Positions 9,231-16,378 of a DNA stretch of 64,000 nucleotides are shown here, one piece after another. Each line of letters opens with the position of its first letter. Position 1 is the stretch's first letter. The translations under genes were made by a program, and so were the position numbers. The stretch spans positions 9,169 to 73,168 of the forward strand of contig SHZC01000003.1 of NCBI GenBank assembly GCA_009692505.1. The letters are read 5' to 3'. Origin of the DNA: Myxococcales bacterium (GTDB lineage Bacteria; Myxococcota_A; Bradymonadia; UBA7976; UBA1532). Below the pieces are notes generated by a model, which made no database searches, was not told the DNA's origin, and saw only the letters and a program-made list of their open reading frames with translations.

Positions 9231-10294
9231 GCCTCGACCTCCACGACTCGGTAGGACGAGCCGTTGATGCACCCTCGACGCGCGAGGATATGCGAGCGGG
9301 TCGGGTCGCAGATGATGGCACCACAGGTCTTGCTCGCGGCCGGGTCGTCGCCTTGAAGGTGGGAGCAGAGGCTGCGGGGCAAGCCGTCGTGGCTGCCAAG
9401 CAGCGTCCAGAGCGCGTCGATGTCGGCCGGTCTGGTCGTGGACGAGGCGAGCTTGCCGGTCAGCGTCTCGAAGCGATCACACGTCGTGCTCGTGCTCAAC
9501 GCGGGCACCTCGAAGGCCCGGAGTTCGGGGTCGAGGTAGTGGTTCGTGTGCCAGTACCAGGCGCTCGCGTCCCGAAACGTGACGCGCTTCTCCACGCCCG
9601 TGGTCTCGACGTTGAACACGCGTGCGCGGTCGGCGATGAGGTAGTTGTGCCCACTGCTCAACTGCGCCCGCATGAGGACCTCCAGGGCCGCCTCGGCCGT
9701 CCGCTCCCGCAACATTCGCCGCACGAGCGCCGGCCATAGGATGCCCACCCGCGCGTCGTTCGGCGTGAGGTTATTGATGCAGACCGAGACCCCGAAAGCG
9801 TTCAGGCCGGTCATACCCAGGCAGCCCGTCAGCGTGAAGAGGACGACGGGCGGGGCGTCTCTCGGCTTGAGGCGCAGGAGCGTCACGAAGGGCTCGGCCG
9901 TGCCATGCATATCCCACGTCTGCGCCGAGACGTTGCCACCGACGAGCGGCGCGTAGACCACGCTGCAGCCGCCATCGTCCGGCGGTATGTCCCGGAAGTC
10001 GGTGTAGTGATTCAGAATGACGAGCTGCCAAGGCTCGAGCCCAGACGCCCTCGCGAAGCCGTTGAGCTCGTCGGAGAGGTCGCCATCGAAGCTGCGAAGA
10101 ACCTCGACGTGCGCCTGTGCTTTGGCGTGGAGCTGATCCACGTCCCGGATTCGGCTCCGCAGCCGCAGCAGTCGCCAGCGCAGACCAAAGAGCGCGCAGG
10201 CTTGTTCCCCGAGGCGCTCGCCCTGCTGCTCACCTTGCTCGCGTGGGGTGCCGGCGTCGATGTCGCACAGCTCAATCTTTTCGTCGCCGCTCAC
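9227..10294 (-). CDS. Peptidase C45 / acyl-CoA:6-aminopenicillanate acyltransferase-like Ntn hydrolase
   Basis: 355 aa. A Gly-Cys pair in DDGGCSVVYAP lies about residue 107. That is where the AAT/C45 family self-cleaves to expose the Cys nucleophile. The downstream TWDMHG and GMTGLNAFGVSVCINNL blocks fit my recollection of this family. GTG start overlaps the upstream stop (GTGA). Confidence 0.6.
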   Translation of the reverse strand: MSGDEKIELCDIDAGTPREQGEQQGERLGEQACALFGLRWRLLRLRSRIRDVDQLHAKAQAHVEVLRSFDGDLSDELNGFARASGLEPWQLVILNHYTDFRDIPPDDGGCSVVYAPLVGGNVSAQTWDMHGTAEPFVTLLRLKPRDAPPVVLFTLTGCLGMTGLNAFGVSVCINNLTPNDARVGILWPALVRRMLRERTAEAALEVLMRAQLSSGHNYLIADRARVFNVETTGVEKRVTFRDASAWYWHTNHYLDPELRAFEVPALSTSTTCDRFETLTGKLASSTTRPADIDALWTLLGSHDGLPRSLCSHLQGDDPAASKTCGAIICDPTRSHILARRGCINGSSYRVVEVEA

Positions 10295-13200
10295 GTCGAC
10301 GCCCAGGCGCGACCGAGGATCGTCGCCAGGCGGGAGAGCTTCGCCGGGCTCGAGGTGATGGGCGGGGCGATGAGCCGCGTGAAGGGTGTGTCGAGCGGGG
10401 TGCGTCCGAGCCTGACCCCATGCTTCAGGAGCAAGTCGTCAAGTTGATTGACCTTCTCCTCGTCGGCCGTGAGCACGCGATACAGCCCGAGGCCCGTCGT
10501 CGGGACGTTCGCGCGAGCGAGCGCGGCCTCCAGCGCCGAGACCCCCGCCGCGACGTCGTGCCCCTCGATGGCGTAGTACTGCCAGAGCAGGCGCGTCGCC
10601 GAGAGCTCGTCGCCATCCCATGTGCTGATGAGCGTCAAGGGCTCAGCGACGTAGCAGCGGTCGTTCGTATAGACGTGGCCCATCTGTCCACCCGCCCAGA
10701 ACAAGATGAGATCCGCCTCGCCAGCCAGCGTGTCGGCGTACCACCGAGCGCGCCCCGTGCGGTGCAGGCCCGTGGCGTTCTCGAGGAGCACGAGCGGCAC
10801 GCCGGTCCGGTCGCGAAGGGAGACGAGCCCGGCCCAAGCCTCTGGCGACAGCACGCGACCCGTCCTCTGCTGGACCGCCTCGATGTAGATCCCCAGGATG
10901 TTGTCGGCTCCTGTTCGAGCAACCAGCGCCTCGAGCTCGGTCAAGTCGTCGTCGGGGTGCGGCAGGATCGGCCAATCGAACCACGCGAAGGGCGCACCCG
11001 AGGCCGCACCGCCGAGGGAAGCATCAGTCAGGGACCGGGAGGCGGCGGTCGTATGCCCGGCATAGCCCCCCCGAAACGACAAGGCCATGCGGCCTGAGGC
11101 GCGGTTGTGACGAAGCGCACGCAGGCTCTTGTCGACCGTCTCGTCATTGCCGCTCGCGAAGTAGAGGTGCTTCATGCCCTGAGGCGCGCAGTGGCGGAGG
11201 TACTCGGCGTACCGCGCATAAGCCGGCGTGATGAAGTTGCTCACTGTGAGCTTCGTCAGCGACGCCTCGTCGAAGGTGCCCAACGCTCGAGCGCGCCTGA
11301 GCAGCGGGTGCTCGGCGCCGGTGGGAGAGGCGATGCCGCTGCGGAGATCGAGGCTGTCATCGCCTCCGTCGGCGAGGAGCCCAGGCCCGGCGAACGCGCG
11401 GCGATCGTGACGGCGCAGGGCGATTCGGTAGTAGCGGGTGCGACCGGCGTGCTCGCCGTATTGACCGTCGTACACCGCCGCGCAGTAGGCACCCATGTGC
11501 TGATTAAGCGCCCACATGGCGTCGGCGGACTCCACGCGATTTCGACCCGTAATGAAGGCGTAGCGGGGCTCGCCGTCCGGTCGTCGCCGAGCCAAGGCCT
11601 CGTGCACCTGCCGCTGCCTCAGACGTAAGCCGATGCCCCGACCCCGCGCGCGCCGGGCGACCGTGACGTCTGCGCTGTACAAGGTGTTGTCGCGCCCGAG
11701 GTTCTCGTCCTGCCGGGGTCCATCAATGGCCCACCACAGCTCGAGGGGACCGGCGAAGCTCATGCCCACGAGGCCCCGGCTGTCCTCGGCGACGAGCACG
11801 AGGCCGCCGTCACTGCCGGCCACGGTCCGAAGGTAGGTGATCTCGTCGCGACGCGCGGCCTCGTAGGCGTCCGTCTCCAGGGCCAAGATGGACTCGATGA
11901 GCTCGTCGAAGCCGGCCGGCGTGAGCAAGCGGATCCGCGTGCCCAGGACGTCGGCGGCGAAGCGCAGCAGGGAGACGCCCACGGCGGCCTCGAACGCTGC
12001 GGCGTCGGCGCTTCTCAGGGCGGGAACGGCGGCGAGCCCCAGCGCGCGGTCAGAGAGCCGTAAGAACGCCGCGCCGGTCTCGCGCTCGGCCGCGCAGAGC
12101 TCCCCGTGGACCCGAAGGACCTGGTCGGCGGTCTCGGGTCGGGGGTTCGCGAGCAAGGCCTCGAGGGTGGGCACACGGACCCGCCTCGGCCCATGCGCAG
12201 AAGCGACCCACGCCGGTGCGGTGCAGGCGTTCAGCCGAGCGACGAGGCCGTCTCCCTGTCCCCCACCCTGCGCCACGAGCGCGCCGAGCGAGCGGTCGAT
12301 GATGTCGAAGATGAGCTCGACGTCCGCGGCCGTGGTCGCTCGATTGAGCCGGAAGCGGAGCGTGAGCTCGCCGGCCGGGTAGATCATGTAGCCCTGATAA
12401 AACCGCTGGGCGATCAGGTGCTTGACGATGGCGGGCGACGGCAAGTCGAAGGCGAAGGCGTCTCCGAAGGTGCGGGGTCGCGACACCAGATCGGGCCAGA
12501 GCTCGACGAGCTCATCGAGCTTGCGGGTGACGGTCTCCTCCAGGAGCACCGGCGGCCAGACGAGCTCGAGGTGAACCCGGCCTCGGGCGATGCTCGCCGC
12601 GTGCGCCGCGGCGGGGCGCGCATCGGGCCATCGCGAGAGGACCACGCCGACCTGGGCGCGTTTGGCGCAGGTGACCAGATCCGGCGCGTCGGGCCGCCCC
12701 TGCTCGTCGATGAACCAGAAGTTTCGGTGCCAGAAGAACGCCCCGGAGAGGCCGAAGCCCGTCTGCACCTCGTCGAGGATGAGCGGCACGTTCCAGGCCC
12801 GCGTCAGGAGTCGGAGGCCGTGATAAAACCGCCGTGTCGCCGCGCGATCACCGCCCTCGCACTGATAGGGCTCGATGAGGACCGCCGCGCAGTCCCCCTT
12901 CTCAAGCTGAGCCTCGACGGCGAGCAGGCTGTGCACCTCAAGCTCGAGCAGCGGATCGCCGTCGCCCAAGAACCGCCCGCGGTCGAGCGAAGGCATCGCC
13001 CAGTGCTCCCGCCAGCCGACGGGCACGATGGGGTTGGCGTAGGGGTCGTCGCCGGCGGGGTAGACGACGAACTCGGTCTCGTAGCCCTTGATTTGGTATC
13101 GGGCCCGCTTCTGGGGGCTCCACGTCGCGAAGAGCGGGATGAGCGTGCGCCCGTGAAAGCTGCCCTCGAAGGCGATAACTCGACAACCCCCTTGACCATG

Positions 13201-13935
13201 TCGGCGGGCGAGGTCGAGGGCCTTCTCGTTCGCCTCTGAGCCGCCGCTGGTGAACGAGACATGCTTCAGCTCGGGGGGGGCAAACTTGAGGAGTTCGCGC
13301 GCGTAGTCGGCACCCTCGTCGCGCCGATCGGCCGCGTCGATGAGGGCCGCGTCGAAGTGACCTTCGTCCAGCGCGGACTGCACCGGGCCTGGGCGGAAGC
13401 CAGCCGGCAAGGACGCGATCTGGCTCGCCGCGTCGATGATTTGGATCGCGTCGTGGTCGATGCTGCGCAGGAACGATCCACGGCAGAGCCTGAGGTCAAC
13501 GACGATGGGCTTCTTCTCGCGAGGCAGGAAGTCGCCGCCGTAAAACCGCTCGAGGAAGGCGCTGGACTCGGGCAGGGCCCCGCTCTCCGGAATTTCGAGA
13601 CCCGCCGCCGGGGGGATGAGGAACGTCGCGCTATCGCCTTCGTAGAGTCGATTGAGAAACGCGATGAAGCGGTCTTCGGCGACCTCGAAGGGCTCGTCGC
13701 CGTCGAGCCGCAGCGGCAGGAAAATCGCCGTTTCGTCCGAGGTGAGGCCGCACTCCGAGGCGATGGCTTGGGCTCGGGGGACCGTCAAACGGCGACCCGC
13801 GTCGTGTACCTTCGTGAGGCCCGACAGAGGCAAGCGCGGCGCGTCGACGCCCGGCGTGCCGTCGAGCAGGAGGCCATGCCGCGAGGCGACCTCTTCGTAC
13901 CGGTGGAACTGCATCAAACGAGTCAGCGTATTCAT
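10291..13935 (-). CDS. Tri-domain fusion: class III aminotransferase / GNAT acyltransferase / second, lysine-less class III aminotransferase-like domain
   Basis: About 1214 aa from ATG 13935, which forms an ATGA overlap with the ALDH stop. Domain 1: FTSGGSEANEKALDLAR, FEGSFHGRT, LILDEVQTGFGLSG, DLVTCAKRAQVG (Lys present). Domain 2: LVLVAEDSRGLVGMSF...VARRARGRGIGLRLRQ (GNAT acetyl-CoA loop R/Q-x-x-G-x-G). Domain 3: YFASGNDETVDKSLRALR, FRGGYAGHT, LVLLENATGLHRTG, DLILFWAGGQMGHV (no Lys at the equivalent position). Confidence 0.75.
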   Translation of the reverse strand: MNTLTRLMQFHRYEEVASRHGLLLDGTPGVDAPRLPLSGLTKVHDAGRRLTVPRAQAIASECGLTSDETAIFLPLRLDGDEPFEVAEDRFIAFLNRLYEGDSATFLIPPAAGLEIPESGALPESSAFLERFYGGDFLPREKKPIVVDLRLCRGSFLRSIDHDAIQIIDAASQIASLPAGFRPGPVQSALDEGHFDAALIDAADRRDEGADYARELLKFAPPELKHVSFTSGGSEANEKALDLARRHGQGGCRVIAFEGSFHGRTLIPLFATWSPQKRARYQIKGYETEFVVYPAGDDPYANPIVPVGWREHWAMPSLDRGRFLGDGDPLLELEVHSLLAVEAQLEKGDCAAVLIEPYQCEGGDRAATRRFYHGLRLLTRAWNVPLILDEVQTGFGLSGAFFWHRNFWFIDEQGRPDAPDLVTCAKRAQVGVVLSRWPDARPAAAHAASIARGRVHLELVWPPVLLEETVTRKLDELVELWPDLVSRPRTFGDAFAFDLPSPAIVKHLIAQRFYQGYMIYPAGELTLRFRLNRATTAADVELIFDIIDRSLGALVAQGGGQGDGLVARLNACTAPAWVASAHGPRRVRVPTLEALLANPRPETADQVLRVHGELCAAERETGAAFLRLSDRALGLAAVPALRSADAAAFEAAVGVSLLRFAADVLGTRIRLLTPAGFDELIESILALETDAYEAARRDEITYLRTVAGSDGGLVLVAEDSRGLVGMSFAGPLELWWAIDGPRQDENLGRDNTLYSADVTVARRARGRGIGLRLRQRQVHEALARRRPDGEPRYAFITGRNRVESADAMWALNQHMGAYCAAVYDGQYGEHAGRTRYYRIALRRHDRRAFAGPGLLADGGDDSLDLRSGIASPTGAEHPLLRRARALGTFDEASLTKLTVSNFITPAYARYAEYLRHCAPQGMKHLYFASGNDETVDKSLRALRHNRASGRMALSFRGGYAGHTTAASRSLTDASLGGAASGAPFAWFDWPILPHPDDDLTELEALVARTGADNILGIYIEAVQQRTGRVLSPEAWAGLVSLRDRTGVPLVLLENATGLHRTGRARWYADTLAGEADLILFWAGGQMGHVYTNDRCYVAEPLTLISTWDGDELSATRLLWQYYAIEGHDVAAGVSALEAALARANVPTTGLGLYRVLTADEEKVNQLDDLLLKHGVRLGRTPLDTPFTRLIAPPITSSPAKLSRLATILGRAWAST

Positions 13936-15458
13936 GTCGTGCTCCGAGCCTTGGAGTCCTGCGCGGCGAGCAAGCCGTCGAGTTGGGGATTGGCCGTCCG
14001 CTGCGCCGACGTGCCGGCCATCACGGCCACCGGATAGGTGCACAGACGAGGCGCGGCCGAGCCCGCCGGGAACCAGTTACCGCTCTGCCCCACGCCCCCA
14101 AAAGGCAGGAGGCCCGACGCGCCGTTCGTGCTCCGATTGAAGTTCAGAACCCCGGCGGCGACCTCGTCGTAGAAACGCTCGAAGGTCTCCGGCCGCGACG
14201 AGAAGAGCGAGGCGCTCAGCCCATAGTCGTTGGACCCGGCACGTCGAAAGGCGTCGTCTTCGTCCGCGGCGACCTCAAACGCGACGTGCGGGCCGAAGAG
14301 CTCCTCGTGCACGATCGCCTCGTCCCCCGAGACCTCGTAGAGACCCGGCGTGACATAGATCCCGCCACCGGAGGGACCACCGATCGCGTTCGCCTCGACC
14401 AAGACCCGCGCGCCTTGGGCCCGGGCGGCGGCGAGGAGCGCGAGGTAGCGGTCACGAGCCGAACGCTGGGCGAGCGGCCCCATGAACGTGGACTCGAGGG
14501 TGGGGTCGCCCGGCACGATCGCGGCGAAGGCCTCGGTCAGCGCGTCCCGGAGGCGCGACGCGATAGCCGGCGCAGCGATGACGCGGCTCGTGGCGGTGCA
14601 CCGCTGGCCGGTGGTGAGTAACGCGCCGAGCACGATCTCGCGGACACAGTGGTCGAATCCAAGGCCTGCCGGATCGTCGAGCAGATCGTCCAGGACCACC
14701 GCGGGGTTCTTGCCCCCCAACTCCAGGCAGACCTTCTTGAACGGCTGGTCGAACGTGGCCTGCCGGATGTGCCGCCCCGTCGCATAGGAGCCGGTGAAGA
14801 TGAGGCCGCGCACGTCCCGATGGACCGCGAGGGCCGCACCGGTGGCCGCGAGCCCGTGGATGAGGTTGAAGACCCCGTCCGGCAGCGCGGCGTCGGCGAA
14901 GAGCGCGGCGTACCTCTGCCCCGTCAGAGGGGTCAGCTCGCTCGGCTTGGCGACGACTGTGTTCCCGGTGAGGAGCGCGGGCACGAGGTGCGTATGGACG
15001 AGGTGCAGGGGGAAGTTGAACGGCCCGATGATCCCGACGACCCCAAGCGCGTGAAAACGCTGTTCACCCGGGGCGCCGACGGGGGCAGGCGGGAGCTCGG
15101 AGTCGAGCTGCGCGAGCACGCCGTCAATCTTCGCGCCGAGCAAGCTCACCTCGGCGCGGGACTCGGCGATGGTCTTGCCCATCTCGGCGGTGATGGCCTC
15201 CGCCAGACCTGCGGCATGACGTGGGAGGGCCGCCTTGACGCGCAGGAGGGCGTCGGCTCGAGAGGTCCGACCCGCGCGTCGCCACGCAGGAAGAGCGGCC
15301 CGAGCGGCAGAAACCGCAGCCTCGACTTCATCGACATCGGCGCGGGCCTCGAAGACGATCTCATCGGCCTTCGACGGGTCCGTCGAGGCGAAGCGGTCGC
15401 CCCGCCCCGACGCGACGAAATCGCCGCCAATGAACGACCCACGAAACGGCTCGGTCAT
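13932..15458 (-). CDS. NAD(P)-dependent aldehyde dehydrogenase (semialdehyde dehydrogenase type)
   Basis: Carries FIGGDFV, FNFPLHL, VAKPSELTP, ELGGKNP and TTGQRCTA (catalytic Cys), plus EELFGP. The start is taken at ATG 15458 (MTEPFRG...), an ATGA overlap with the udg stop. Confidence 0.85.
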   Translation of the reverse strand: MTEPFRGSFIGGDFVASGRGDRFASTDPSKADEIVFEARADVDEVEAAVSAARAALPAWRRAGRTSRADALLRVKAALPRHAAGLAEAITAEMGKTIAESRAEVSLLGAKIDGVLAQLDSELPPAPVGAPGEQRFHALGVVGIIGPFNFPLHLVHTHLVPALLTGNTVVAKPSELTPLTGQRYAALFADAALPDGVFNLIHGLAATGAALAVHRDVRGLIFTGSYATGRHIRQATFDQPFKKVCLELGGKNPAVVLDDLLDDPAGLGFDHCVREIVLGALLTTGQRCTATSRVIAAPAIASRLRDALTEAFAAIVPGDPTLESTFMGPLAQRSARDRYLALLAAARAQGARVLVEANAIGGPSGGGIYVTPGLYEVSGDEAIVHEELFGPHVAFEVAADEDDAFRRAGSNDYGLSASLFSSRPETFERFYDEVAAGVLNFNRSTNGASGLLPFGGVGQSGNWFPAGSAAPRLCTYPVAVMAGTSAQRTANPQLDGLLAAQDSKARSTT

Positions 15459-16252
15459 GGCTTTCTCGGGGCGCGCTCGAGGCGGGTCATGACCATTTTT
15501 AGGATCTCCCAAGCCTTACGTTTTTCGTCAGGGTTCTTGACCAAATAAGCCGGCGAATAGCCGACGAGGACCGGTCGATTCGAGACGGTGTGCCACTTGC
15601 CGAGGAGTCCTCGGACGCCGGACGCGGTCCCCAGAAGGATACGCGTCGGCAGCGCCCCACAGGTGACGATGACCTCGGGCGAGACGAGCTCAATCTGGGC
15701 GAGCAGGAAGCGACGGCAGGCGGCGATCGAGTCGGCCTCGGGCTCGACGGCGGCGACGCCTGGGTGGCACATGACGACGTGGCCCAGATAGACGCTCGTG
15801 CGACCGAGCCCCATGGCCCCGATCATCTTCTCGAGGAGCGCGCCGGCTTCGCCCCCATACGGCTTGCCGGTCGCGTCGTCTTCAATCGCCGGCGCGTCGA
15901 GGACGAAGAGTACGCGGGCGTCGACGGGGCCATGCCCAAAGACGATATGGCTCCGGGTGTTCGAGAGCGGGCAGCGCTGGCAGTCCCCGACCTCGGCGCG
16001 CAGGGCCTCGAGGGCCGCTTGGCGATCGGCCGGTGAACGGACGAGCACAGGGACGGCCGTGGGCGCGGGCCCCTGAGGCTGGCGATCACGAGACGCGGGC
16101 GGCGTGGGTGCGTCGTGGGCAAACGGGCGGTCCGGCGGATTGAACGTCGGCGCTTTAAAGCCCGGCGGCACGGGCAGAGCGTGGTCGCCCGTCTCCTTGT
16201 GCCAGAGCAGGGCCCCCCGCATCGCCGAGACGAGGGCGCGAAGTTCGTCCAT
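15455..16252 (-). CDS. udg: Uracil-DNA glycosylase superfamily protein, family 4-like (4Fe-4S type), divergent motifs
   Basis: CQRCPL...VFGHGP...VLFVLDAPAIEDDATGKPYGGEAGALL...VVMCHP...IAACRRF...GYSPAYLVKNPDEKRKAW shows four Cys spaced as in family 4 UDGs. A Pro-rich N-terminal extension of about 100 aa is present. The start is taken at ATG 16252 (MDELRALV...). The longest ORF would start at 16291 inside the repeat. Confidence 0.7.
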   Translation of the reverse strand: MDELRALVSAMRGALLWHKETGDHALPVPPGFKAPTFNPPDRPFAHDAPTPPASRDRQPQGPAPTAVPVLVRSPADRQAALEALRAEVGDCQRCPLSNTRSHIVFGHGPVDARVLFVLDAPAIEDDATGKPYGGEAGALLEKMIGAMGLGRTSVYLGHVVMCHPGVAAVEPEADSIAACRRFLLAQIELVSPEVIVTCGALPTRILLGTASGVRGLLGKWHTVSNRPVLVGYSPAYLVKNPDEKRKAWEILKMVMTRLERAPRKP

Positions 16253-16257
16253 CACGT

Positions 16258-16326
16258 TCAAGCTAATCGTCGAGCGTCGCAGGAGGCCCATCGTTGCTGA
16301 GCGACGAGGGCGCGAAGTTCGTCCAT
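16258..16326 (-). other. Mini-ORF 2 (22 codons, MDELRALVAQQRWASCDARRLA) created by the junction duplication
   Basis: The ATG is at 16326. The TGA at 16258-16260 lies 5 nt before the udg ATG at 16252. It corresponds to the tail of track ORF 16258..16746. Confidence 0.3.
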
Positions 16327-16331
16327 CACGT

Positions 16332-16373
16332 TCAAGCTAATCGCTGAGCGACGAGGGCGCGAAGTTCGTCCAT
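16332..16373 (-). other. Mini-ORF 1 (13 codons, MDELRALVAQRLA) created by the junction duplication
   Basis: The ATG at 16373 lies 5 nt after the coaBC TGA (16379-16381). Its own TGA (16332-16334) lies 5 nt before the next ATG. Whether it is translated is untested. Confidence 0.3.
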
Positions 16374-16378
16374 CACGT

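Noticed and set aside
9227-10294. Literal annotation as isopenicillin-N acyltransferase (beta-lactam biosynthesis)
   Set aside because: Only the family-level Gly-Cys self-processing site and the general C45 pattern are seen. No other beta-lactam genes are present, and the operon context is catabolic. It is kept as a generic C45/AAT-type Ntn hydrolase.
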